A stretch of 64,000 nt of DNA, taken from Nemertoderma westbladi. Taxonomy: Eukaryota > Animalia > Xenacoelomorpha. The stretch covers positions 21,146 to 85,145 of the forward strand of contig JAUCBJ010005958.1 of assembly GCA_032718475.1 (NCBI GenBank), in the 5' to 3' direction. The notes under the pieces are model-generated. The model saw nothing but the letters and a program-made list of their open reading frames with translations, made no database searches and was not told the origin of the DNA. How positions within the stretch are numbered: position 1 is the first letter of the stretch; every line of letters starts with the position of its first letter. Of this stretch, positions 47,136-58,978 are shown piece by piece. Made by a program: the position numbers and the translations under genes.

Positions 47136-50100
47136 TTTAATTTAATTTAATTCTTTAATCCAGGCCAGTGGTACAGCCCATATAAAAACATATTGTATCA
47201 TGTATACTACAAAGAAAAATAGAGCACAATATTTAAATTAGTTCCTACTGTAAACCCTACTGTAATATTTATATATAAAACTAATGCCATATTAAAGTAA
47301 ACACATCGGGGCCCCGGGTCGTCGTATAAAATAGATGACACACAACGAATAAACATTCGTCACTATGTAAATAAACACGTTACTATATAAATAAATACAT
47401 ACGAAAAATATATCAACAGGTATTCACAATGTGAATAATGTTAAATAATAATTAATAAATAATTAATTAAATAATTGATTAATAATGTTGTATGGTTAAT
47501 ATTAAAAAAAAACCGAAAAATATTTATATTATTCATTAAATTAGTAAAAAGAGATTTAAAAAAAACGAAGAAAGTTGGCCTATTTAAGTATGTCATTCAA
47601 CAAACAAAAATACAAAAAGTTAAGACGCGTGGTCTACACCAAAGATACGGCTCGTCCGGTGAGTTACAAGGTTTACTACTTGAACAATACTATTTCCAGA
47701 CTCCCTCACACGTTGCAATAACGAACATCGTGCATTGTAGCGGATATGGACGACCTTAGGCTGATTGAGTGATCCACACATGTATGACACACTGCAATCA
47801 TACTTGAAACCAAATAGCTGTCTGATAATGTTATTGTAGGCTACTCTGTACCTATCGTAGATGGACTGCGTGTAGTTGCGACGAGCCCACACAGCGTTAC
47901 AGTAAATCTGTGTGCAAAAAGCGCGGAATAGCCTAATTTTGACACCTTTGCTACAGTTTGCGAATTTCCTAATTAAAAAATTCCCTCTCCTATAAAGGCT
48001 TGTCAGTTGATTAAGTATATCATAGCTGTCATCTGTCGTGTTATGAAAAATTTGTCATAAGTATTTATACTTCTTAACTGTCTCTAAGTTAGTGCCGTTG
48101 ATGGATATACTAGTTACTAATTCATTTTTATACGATTTAGGAACTAAATACATGAACTTTGATTTTTTTACATTTATAACTATAGAATGCCTGATTGCGT
48201 AATCCTCGTACGTTTTTATCAGTTTCCTCATCCCTGATATCGAGTTTGAGGCTAGAGCTAAATCGTCTGCGTACATTAAGTGATTACATCTAGAATAATT
48301 TAATTGGCAGCCTACATTTGTACCCGTAAGTTCCATACTTAAGTCATATATGTACACAGCATAAAAGTACCCGGAGAGTATCCCACCCTGTTTTGTTCCG
48401 TTTGTAACCCTAAAACTATTAGAAGTACACCCCCCCCCATCTAACCGATAAATGTTGAAAACGATACCAGAACCTAAGTAACCTAATGTCAAATAAAGGA
48501 ATGTCACGGTCGATTAACTTAGAGAACAGCTTGTAGTGGTTAACCAGGTCGAAAGCCTTGCTACTGTCAATGAAGCATATGTAAACGGGGCTGTCGTTAT
48601 CTAAGTAGTGTTGTATGACCTCTTTCAAAGTGTACACACAGAGTTCAGTACCCGACTTTGGTTTGAAACCAAATTGGGAGTCGCTAGTTTTGAGTTTGCT
48701 ACTGAATCTTTCTAGATATATTAATTCTAGAATTTTACTACTAACACTTGCAAGTGCAATTCCTCTGTAATTGTCAAAACTAGTGATGTCGTCATTTTTA
48801 TCTTTTACAATGGGGAGGATATTGCAACGTATGAGGTCATCAGTGATGTAACCATGTACATTGAACGCACTAAAAACCGCAGCTAGATGAGAATACAGAC
48901 GGCACGTACCGTTAGTGTAGTGTTCGCTTGTCAGTCCATCTGGACCGACCTTACCATTAAATAGTCTACCTATTGCAAATGCGACATGTATATCAGTGAC
49001 AATCATATCATTATGAAAAGCAATAGTGTCAAATTTGGATTCGACGGTAGCCTTCGCAGAATCATTGTTGACTCTATTGTATAGGTTGTCGAACCGTTCT
49101 TTAAATAAATTACAAATATCAGGTTCGCCAACAGCGTTACCTACTTTACTAGAAAGCGGAACATTCGTGTTACAATGTTTCTTAACGTTATTCCAAAATT
49201 CACCCTGCTTGTGCGAGTACAATGATTCTGCTAGCTTATCCGCTTGTTGTTTCTTTCCGTTTACATTGTTTTAGTGCACGCTTAAATTCAAACTTTGACC
49301 GATAGTACTGTTGAAAAATAGGTCCGGCTCGGGGGCACCCGTGTGTTCGCCAAATTCTAAAAAATAACCTAGATTCCTTATACACCTCCTTTAATAAATC
49401 GTTCCAACCGGGAACGTTCTTGGACTTAGGGTTAGGTCCTTTCATTTTTGGAATCGAATGATCTGCAGCTAGCTTTAGAGCACCGATTATATCGCTATAA
49501 TATTTGTCAATGGCACATGTGTGTGAACTATTTTTACATTGTGCATTAGTGCAATTATATACGTCTGATGGTGTCGAAATATTGCTTAGCAGTTTATTTA
49601 AAACAGATTGATACTCGGCAATATTGGCGTTAGATGCCTTATTCCAAGCGCACCTCCTAGTAGTTAGTAGTATTACCATTACCACCTTGATGATCGCTGG
49701 TCGCTGATGCGGGATCACAACCCGCATCAGTATCGCAAGCGTCAGCGGTAATATTAAAAGTACACGTAATGGGTAAATGATCAGTCACACACAAATCATA
49801 ATGAATATTTACAGATGACACAAGTGGAGTCATACTACCTGAACAGACCAAATGTACCGAGCCATGAACAGGTATTGTGTGCTGCAGAAATGAATGAACA
49901 AGAATCGGCTGGTAAGAATTTGGCATCACAAATTGACATATTAAGATCATTGCACCAACAATCAGTAAACTTATAATATCTAGACTTAACATCAGCATTG
50001 AAATCTCCTATAACAACACAATGGGAACTATTCTCGCAATCGATAATACTACTTAGCTTTCCTAAAGTTTCTAGAAACTCATCATCGTTAATACTACATT

Positions 50101-50520
50101 CGTAAGGCAAGTAAATATTAAGAAATAGCACGGATACATTACCAGCAGTTCTTAAACGGAGACCAAGAATTCTCGCTTCTCCGTAATCAACGCTTTCGAC
50201 AGATCGGGCGATACTTTTTTTGTATAGGAAACCAAGCCCACCGAATGGCCTACCCTGCAGTAAACACTGACTGTAGTCAACGGGAGAGGTTCCTCTAGCA
50301 AAATACCTATCATCCAACGTTGATAGAATACCTAAATCTTGTACAGGGAGCATGTGCTCCTGTACACATATTAAATCGGTCGATAAATTACATAAATCGT
50401 TAATCACATTCCTGTACACCGCAGTACGAATCGAATTACAATTATAGGATGCCACTGAAAAATGGTCTTGCACAGGTGAGAGGTTTGCCATTACTAAGAT
50501 AATAATTAATAATAGATAAT
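47136..50520 (-). mobile_element. APE-type LINE ORF2 (RTEX-like), near full length, several frameshifts
   Basis: EN motifs SYNCN, VQEH, GRPFGG, GDFNA and TDHLP; RT motifs NYRGIAL, QFGFK, DSSKAFD, QGGILS and YADD; 3' stem GGGCT..GGCCT plus an (ATTAA)n tail at about 47136-47180. Clade assigned from remembered motifs. Confidence 0.8.
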
Positions 50521-50653
50521 ACTAGAATAAACTAAGATAATAATAGATTATTAAGAATTTTTAATTGCGACCTCATAATATTTACAAGCGTTTGTAAACA
50601 TTCTCCATGAAAATTGGGTATTATATATAATATAACATGACAATTATAATTTG

Positions 50654-50806
50654 TTTTAATGCATAGCTTAGCTATTCGTTAAACTGGTGGAAATACATCA
50701 GAATTCAATTCGGGAGAATTGTAACATAGGCTATATTACAATTCTCCCGAATTGAATTCTGATGTATTTCCACCAGTTTAACGAATAGCTAAGCTATGCA
50801 TTAAAA
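50654..50806. repeat. Near-perfect 153-bp palindrome
   Basis: 71-bp perfect arms at 50654-50724 and 50736-50806, centred on 50730. Confidence 0.95.
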
Positions 50807-51475
50807 ATATTGAAGGCCAATAATTATTGACAATATTGAACGGGAGTTCTAATTATTTGTATTCAATATTATAATTTTTACTATTGAATGTGCGTGCACG
50901 TTGGAGCTGCCTGCTGCTCGCAGAACACATGTTGCAGCACATCATTAATACTGCGACGATCCATCCTATCCCGCCTGTTCTTCCCTGGTTGCTGCATTTT
51001 GAATTATATTAGTCCATTCAGTTTATTGATGTTTCCCTTATTGCACTCCATCTATAATATTATGATGTTCCTTGATATGATGTATCTTCAAATTTACGCC
51101 TTTGAAAGTAAATAAATTGACAATTTGTTTCAAAAGTTGATTTACATTAAAAGGTTATAACTCTGGAATAATAATTATTAATAATATTAGTTTTAGTAAA
51201 TATTTATTTAAATCAATTTCACTTTCCACTATTATTATGATGGAATTTATAGTTTGTTAGTTAATTAAATATAATATATATATATTATTATATATATAAT
51301 TAATCATATTATTTTTATATATTGTAGGGAGTCTCTTATTCAGTGATTTTATTGATTAAGGAAAATTGATTTGTAATTCTTGATATAATTATCATTAAAC
51401 ATAATTTATAACAATTTACACATCACTGAAAATGGTGCAACTGTGATCTCTCCGATGCTTATTGACTAAGGAGTA

Positions 51476-54184
51476 ATGGCATGGAATTTTGTCACTTATT
51501 CTATTGTGGTGATCTTAGCTTTTATCGCATACATTCCATTTGGAGAAGGGGCGACTTGTTCCGCTCTTGTAAAACCATGCAAAGAGAATGGTGGCATTCT
51601 GATTCCGGCATGGAAACCAATACAAACTTCACGAACAGATACAGCATTCCGGGCCATTGTCTACTTCCTCTCTTTGTGCTATTTGTTTGTCGGAATCGCC
51701 ATCGTCGCAGACAAATTTATGGCTGCAATCGAGAAGATTACCTCAAAGGAAAAACTCGTTACAGTGAAGCGACCAGATGGGTCTAAAGTTATTCTAAGTT
51801 TGCAGGTCTGGAATGAAACCGTCTCCAATCTTACTCTTATGGCTTTGGGTTCCAGTGCCCCAGAGATTTTACTGTCTGTTATAGAAATTATTGGTAATGA
51901 TTTTCAAGTTGGAGAACTTGGTCCATCCACTATTGTCGGGTCGGCTGCATTCAATATGTTTGTTATTATCGCGATCTGTGTGGTCAGCATCCCTAAGGGT
52001 GAAATACGAAAAATCAAACATCTTCATGTATTTTTCGTAACAACTACTTGGAGTCTATTCGCATATATATGGCTATTACTTATTATTTCTGTTATATCTA
52101 AAAAAGAGATGGATATTTGGGAAGCTATTATAACATTAATATTTTTTCCAATTCTTGTTATAATTGCGTACTTTGCGGATAAAAAAATTTACATGTTTCA
52201 TTTTTTGCAGAAAAAGTTTAAGCCCAAGAAGATGGAATATTTAAATGGACCTAAAGGTGAAACTAATCATGGTGCTAACAGTTCAGCACCAGCAGTGACC
52301 AACCATGCCAATGGTGAACCAAAAGTTGAAATCATTGTCAGTCCACCGACAATGCCGCCTATGGACATGACGAATAGAATAGCACATGAGAAACAAATGG
52401 AATACATGAAAATAATTCGAAAAATGAAACATCTTCACCCAATGGCCGATGCTGACACTCTGCAGACATTAGCAGAAGATGAACAACATGCAGGTAAAAT
52501 AAAGTCCAAAGCTTATTACAGAATGAACAAAAAGAGAAAATCTCTTTCAAGGACGAGCGTGACCAAACCCAGAGCATCTGATCAAGCCGATACTTCACCT
52601 CCAGCCGACAAAATCTCTGTTAAACCAGATCAGTACACTGTTTTGGAGAATGTAGGAATTGTGAAAGTCATAGTTGTGCGCGAAGGACCTAGTTTAGCAT
52701 CAAGGGTGAGTGTAGATTATACAACTGTCGATGGCACAGCTACAGCTAACAATGATTATATTCCAGTCTCTGGAACCCTAACATTTAAACCAGGTGAAAC
52801 AACTAAGGAAATTCCAGTTAATATCATTGATGATGACGAGTTTGAAGAAGATGAGCATTTTCGGGTAATTCTAAGCAACATTCGTGAAGAATCACCAAAG
52901 CCTGGCGATCCTCCCACTGAAATTGCCTTCCCTAATGCAGCCTTTATTACAATATTGGACGATGATCATTCTGGAATTTTCTCGTTTGCACAGCATAAAA
53001 TTAATACACCAGAGGACTGTGGCACTGTTGAACTGAAAGTTGTGCGCCATGGTGGAGCCAGGGGCTGCATTCATGTACCTTATTTTACAGTAGATGGAAC
53101 TGCAGAAGGACAAGGAAAAGACTACATTGATGAGAAGGGAACATTGCAATTTGCCAATAATGAAACTTGGCAAACACTACAAATTTCTATTATCAATGAT
53201 GATGAATATGAAAAGAATGAGCATTTTTTTGTTGAGTTAGGAAAACCTCAAAAGGTAAAACGAAAAAATTCTGATTCTGGATCTATCATTTATGACAGCA
53301 AAGCTTCAGACATGAATGAATCGACACATCGAAGCGATAACAATGGATCTGTTGATTCTGCTACTGACACTCTTACTGGTATGCCGATTCTGGGTTCAGT
53401 GTACCGGTGTATGATAGTAATTGAGGAAAATATAGAATTTAAAAATGCTGTTGATCGTATGTTGAGAAGCACAAAGCAAATAGCAACTGGTGAATCAGCA
53501 TCTGATTATATGAAACAATTTACAGATGCATTTAAAGTTCGCCCAGATGCTGAGGAAGATGACGACTCAGTTCCATCTTATGGCGAGTACGTCGGACACT
53601 TTTTTGCATTATTCTGGAAACTATTATTCGCATTTATTCCCCCAGCCGGAATTTGCGGTGGTTGGTTGTGTTTCATAACCTCCATTGTTGTTATCGGTGT
53701 AATGACAGCAGTAGTGGGGGATGTAGCAGGTGCTTTCGGGTGCACAATCGGCCTAAAGGATTCGGTAACGGCCATATCTTTTGTCGCTGTCGGGACAAGT
53801 GTCCCTGATACATTCGCCAGCAAACTCGCCGCGATTGGTGACCGCTGGGCTGACAGCAGTATAGGCAATGTAACTGGTAGTAACGCTGTCAATGTGTTCC
53901 TGGGTATAGGAGTGGCCTGGTCTGTTGGGGCCATTGTTAACGCTGCAAGAGGGAAAACCCTAGAAGTCGACCCAGGACCTTTAGGCTTTTCCGTTGGTCT
54001 GTTTTGCGGTTTCGCAGTCTTTTGCGTTATTGTGCTGATGGCTCGTCGTTTTACTCCATCAATTGGAGGCGAGCTTGGTGGTCCTACGGGTGTAAAGTAT
54101 TTTACGGGTTTATTGTTTTTTGGGATTTGGGTAGTTTATATACTTCTATCCGGGCTTAAAGATTACTGCTATTTTGATGATTAA
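51476..54184 (+). CDS. SLC8A: Sodium/calcium exchanger (SLC8/NCX/Calx family), intronless CDS, 902 aa
   Basis: Signal peptide, alpha-1 ALGSSAPE, two Calx-beta domains (IIDDDEFEEDE, ILDDD; IINDDEYEK), alpha-2 GTSVPDTFASK..NVTGSNAVNVF and C-terminal GGELGGP. Confidence 0.97.
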   Translation: MAWNFVTYSIVVILAFIAYIPFGEGATCSALVKPCKENGGILIPAWKPIQTSRTDTAFRAIVYFLSLCYLFVGIAIVADKFMAAIEKITSKEKLVTVKRPDGSKVILSLQVWNETVSNLTLMALGSSAPEILLSVIEIIGNDFQVGELGPSTIVGSAAFNMFVIIAICVVSIPKGEIRKIKHLHVFFVTTTWSLFAYIWLLLIISVISKKEMDIWEAIITLIFFPILVIIAYFADKKIYMFHFLQKKFKPKKMEYLNGPKGETNHGANSSAPAVTNHANGEPKVEIIVSPPTMPPMDMTNRIAHEKQMEYMKIIRKMKHLHPMADADTLQTLAEDEQHAGKIKSKAYYRMNKKRKSLSRTSVTKPRASDQADTSPPADKISVKPDQYTVLENVGIVKVIVVREGPSLASRVSVDYTTVDGTATANNDYIPVSGTLTFKPGETTKEIPVNIIDDDEFEEDEHFRVILSNIREESPKPGDPPTEIAFPNAAFITILDDDHSGIFSFAQHKINTPEDCGTVELKVVRHGGARGCIHVPYFTVDGTAEGQGKDYIDEKGTLQFANNETWQTLQISIINDDEYEKNEHFFVELGKPQKVKRKNSDSGSIIYDSKASDMNESTHRSDNNGSVDSATDTLTGMPILGSVYRCMIVIEENIEFKNAVDRMLRSTKQIATGESASDYMKQFTDAFKVRPDAEEDDDSVPSYGEYVGHFFALFWKLLFAFIPPAGICGGWLCFITSIVVIGVMTAVVGDVAGAFGCTIGLKDSVTAISFVAVGTSVPDTFASKLAAIGDRWADSSIGNVTGSNAVNVFLGIGVAWSVGAIVNAARGKTLEVDPGPLGFSVGLFCGFAVFCVIVLMARRFTPSIGGELGGPTGVKYFTGLLFFGIWVVYILLSGLKDYCYFDD

Positions 54185-56612
54185 TAATTCGCCATCGATA
54201 GTGATTTATTTTAAATTAATTAGCTAATTAGAGTGAGATTGTTTTACCTAAATGTTTTGCCACACTTACTTTGTGTTGTAGCATTTCCACCTTTATAAGA
54301 TGTGTCAACCAGTTCAACAGTTATCCTAATTTGTTAAATTTTTTCAACAATAATAAGTTTTATACATGTTAACAATTCGTAATAGCTTTAGATTAATTGC
54401 TAATATCTCACTATAATGATAATGTATTTCTTATCTAATCTTTATATTACTTGACAATCTCTCTGAGAAACCGAGATACCCTATATTCCTGTATATTGTT
54501 TTAATATTATTTCAATGGTCACATTTAAATGTACCACACCACTATTGTTCCGTGACAATATTATTGGTATTTTTGTGATTTTAATGTGATAAATGGATTT
54601 CCCAAATTCAATGCAAAAATTGTTATGTTTTATTAAATCTTTTTTTTAAGTATAGGAGGGTACTGATTAAATATTATACAAATAAAAAAATTAGCTCTTA
54701 TTGAACTAAGGTTAACATTATTGTTATTATATTTATCAATGTACCGGTCTAATGTATCTATTAATTGTTAATAGTCAAGTACATGGCCTCTTAGTGATTG
54801 ATTCCTAAACCGGAAAGCCACCGCATTTAGTATCAGTGCTGGCGGATTTATAATATCTATCTATATCTAGTCTTTATTAATTAACATTTGCCACTAATTG
54901 ATACTAAAATTATATTGATATTGAAAATTTCTGAATTTTGTATTTCTTTATAATATCTGATAAATAAGCGACCAATGAGCGGTAATTAGAACCAAGTATT
55001 CATATCGGAAATAATAACATAGTATTATAATACTATTATTAATTTTAAGATTTTTCACCTATGGGTGGCCTCAAGAGTGAAAGCCAAAAATACTCAGATA
55101 TATATATATAAACTTGGCCTTTTTATTTGATCAATGTTGTTTGAAAAAATGTGGAACAATCCAGGAATGTTATTCCTAGTCCTAGAAATATCAAGTGTTT
55201 GTACGTTTCGAATTGATATAATTAAAATAAATAATTTATTGAATTTCGCAGGGAAAATATTTAAAAATGAAAGGTTATTTTGTTAATAATGAGATATTAA
55301 AATGGTTTCAGAAAAACGATTAGACATTCTTATTTGTACCGGAAAAATTTGTATCTAATTTAATTTTTCTTTAGTTAATATCTGAGAAAGGCAACTTATA
55401 TAATCGCATTTTTAATAAAAAATTTAAATAATCACCATTATTCATTATTTTACAGAAATAATGTAATTTCTACATCCTGGAAGCACTTCAGTCTGAAATA
55501 CATTTTAGAGAGAAAATCATTCTACATCTGATTTTCTAACCAATGCAATACGATGGCAAATGAAAACCATTTATTTACAGTTTGAGTATCCTTTAAATGT
55601 TGTCATTATTTTTCTATGCCAAAGCTTTCATAACGCGAGTAGGAATATTTAGTCATGAAATAATGTTGTTTTTTTTTTTATATAAAGCCTTTACTTGATT
55701 AATTGAATAGGAATACATTTTCTTTAGTTTATTAAGGTCACCGATAAAATACCTGTAAAATAACAGTGTAAAGTGTTTTACTTCACTTGTATCAAGTACA
55801 TACATAGTTGTTACCGTAAGTTGTCGCTTGCTTAGTGGTTGTGGTCCGCATACCCAGTCGTGCTCACAGTGTTCACCAACCCGTGTGGTACACCCACAAA
55901 TAATTTATAGAAAAAAGTCCGTGTGGCCTTCGCGCAGTACAAACTCTATATATGAGCCTTTGCGTGGTAGTACAATTAGTGGACTCAGCCTAACAGCTGA
56001 CAGATGAACTATTGAAGTCTGTCTGTGTGCAGATTTTCTAAACTTTTAATAGACTACAATATGTGTACCAGTGTACCAAGTTTGTTTCCGGATGGTACAC
56101 TAATTATACCGCTACGCTACCTAAGGCTCACAGAGACTTCGTGGCTCTCCCCACCTGGATTTAGCAACGAACCTTCTTAGTACCCAGTCATTACCCAGTT
56201 TGCTAAAATGGGATCATGTCTTTAAATAATTGTCGAATAATCTGCTTGCTTATTCCTTAATCAAAATATTGACAATATTTATTAGTTCGCCTTTTCTTCC
56301 CTTTCAAAGAATTTTATTCCATAACTAATGTTATATAATCATGAACCCTGTCCTATATTATAGTGTTATAATGTAGTTTTGTTATTTTGACTTTGTTTGT
56401 AATCGTTTCTATATTTCATTATAAGCATTATTAACATCGTATGAAATGAATTAAACTATAAATCTCAACAACTCCAGCGGCCACCTGACCCCAGACCCCC
56501 CGCTCTCCAAAAAATGCTGCATATTGTAATAATCTCAATTATATATGATGAGAGCCGATAGAATCGTTGCGTTTGAGAATTACTTACTCAAACCACTCCT
56601 ATCCATGGAGAC

Positions 56613-57401
56613 GGGTCAGTAGAAAACAAAGACCCAAAACCAAAGACTCAATACCTGTACAAAACACATGTGTTAACTTTCGTTTATTGTTTTGGCTCCC
56701 CCAATACGGCTCTGTAACCTGCTCCTTTAATTGGCAATGGGAGCTAAAAAAACAAAGAGGTAAAGTCGCGTTAGGTCCCAAAGAGCGTTAGGTCCCAAAG
56801 AGCGTTAGGTCCCAAAGAGCGTTAGGTCCCAAAGATCGTTAGGTCCCAAAGAGCGTTAGGTCCCAAAGAGCGTTAGGTCCCAAAGAGCGTTAGGTCCCAA
56901 AGAGCGTTAGGTCCCAAAGATCGTTAGGTCCCAAAGAGCGTTAGGTCCCAAAGAGCGTTAGGTCCCAAAGAGCGTTAGGTCCCAAAGAGCGTTAGGTCCC
57001 AAAGAGCGTTAGGTCCCAAAGATCGTTAGGTCCCAAAGAGCGTTAGGTCCCAAAGAGCGTTAGGTCCCAAAGAGCGTTAGGTCCCAAAGAGCGTTAGGTT
57101 CCAAAGATCGTTAGGTCCCAAAGAGCGTTAGGTCCCAAAGATCGTTAGGTCCCAAAGAGCGTTAGGTCCCAAAGAGCGTTAGGTTCCAAAGATCGTTAGG
57201 TCCCAAAGAGCGTTAGGTTCCAAAGATCGTTAGGTCCCAAAGAGCGTTAGGTCCCAAAGAGCGTTAGGTCCCAAAGAGCGTTAGGTCCCAAAGAGCGTTA
57301 GGTCCCAAAGATCGTTAGGTCCCAAAGAGCGTTAGGTCCCAAAGAGCGTTTTGTACAGGTTTTGAAACTTTGGGTCTTGGGTCTTTGTTTTGTACTGACC
57401 C
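56613..57401. mobile_element. MITE with ~55-bp TIRs carrying a 17-bp minisatellite (~34 copies, 56768-57350)
   Basis: GGGTCAGTAGAAAACAAAGACCCAA..CCTGTACAAAAC is mirrored at 57348-57401; unit CGTTAGGTCCCAAAGAG; CCATGGA in both flanks is a possible TSD. Confidence 0.85.
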
Positions 57402-58978
57402 CCATGGACAGGGACCCCCATGGAGACAGCATTTAATAATTCTACTACAGATAGATGATAATTGCATACAAGAGGCAATAATCCCGCGTTTCTGGAGGTG
57501 ATGGCCATAGGACCTGTTGGTTGCTGTTAATATTACTCTCAGGTAATTATAGGAACTATCAAATTCCAGTTTATCTCCATTTTGCTCTAAAATATATTTA
57601 ATATATGTGATTAGAAAATATATTATTATCTAAGATACACATTAAGGACTGTGGGGAGTGTGAATGAAAACATAAACAGTTGTTACACATTTATTAGCGG
57701 GATGATAACTATCCCTAATGCTGGGCTACGGCCAAAAAAGTTATTTTGCCCTAGGGCAAAATAACCATGTTATTCCCTCTTAGTAGTGAAGTGTATATCG
57801 TGACACCACATACTGACATACAAACATAGGAACCGGTAATGCTGCTGTACTCGTCTTAGGTCTGCTGTGTGTCCCATCAAGTGTAAATCAGGTATTCAGA
57901 CCACCAACTAGTTTTGTACTTCATGTTTTATTATTATTGGGCGTTTTGTATTTCATGTTTCATTATTATTGGGCTGTGCTCCAGACGGAACTGACCTATG
58001 ACTAAACTTTCAATTTCCATGGCAAATTAAGAGGTACCGGTACAGTAGGCCTACATAGTGTCACAGTCCAGAGTCGCACCGTACCAGGTCTGCAGCATGC
58101 AGCCCTGCAGGTAGGTCTAGTTTGCCTGTATTTATATAGGCTGCAAGGTACCGTACTACCTCGTACTGCAGTGAGGCGTTTCTCCAGTTCCTTCCTCCTA
58201 AATGGTAAAAAAATATATCTAAGAATGTCGTTTAAATACGTTCGCCCCTTTCTGCCTTTTCCTTTTTAATACAGACATTGAAACGATTTAATATTAAAGT
58301 AAAGTAAAAAAAAGTATTAACCGGTCTTCTAAGCGGAAGGTCTAGTGTTGAAGCCCCAGAACAGAATTGTTGCTAGCTTCCAGTTGTACTGTAGGCTAAT
58401 GGCAACCTGTCATGAGTTAAGGAGTAAAGAATATGGTTAGATAACCAGAGTGCTCGACCTTGGGAGTAGTGTGGTGCCTTCCCTGCGTTACAGATAATAG
58501 CCAAGAGAATGGAGCCTTTGGGTTGTTGCCTCGGGTGTTTCTTCTTACACGTTTGAATATAACTTTACTTTACTTTTATGCAGTTCTTAGCCAAAACTAC
58601 ATTTTCTAGACCATACTTTGATATAGTGGAGCGGAGATAGGTGTTGGTCGACTCTAAGTGACATCATTCTTTTAAAACTGGCATAACAACCCGTTTCTAT
58701 GGGAATATTAATGTTATTCTTATAATGTTACTATTTAGTTAGCTCAAATATAGCTCAAAATGTGGAGAAAAAGAAGTACCTACTTTTTTCCCTAGGGAAT
58801 AATAGTTAATCATATAGTAGGCCTAGGATTGCATTGAACTTACTTTTCCCGGCGAAAAATGTAAATGTGAAAATATTTTTCGTGGAATTTCTTAAACTTT
58901 ATTACATGTGTTGAAAGAGCATCGAAATAGAAAATTTTTGTAGAGCTTTCCACGTATATATTAATATATATATATATA

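Noticed and set aside
56768-57350. CRISPR array or telomeric (TTAGG) repeat
   Set aside because: The units are contiguous with no spacers and no cas genes; TTAGG is only part of a 17-mer inside a MITE.
58290-58580. SINE 3' tails with (CTTTA)n
   Set aside because: Tail-like ends only; no head or TSD identified.
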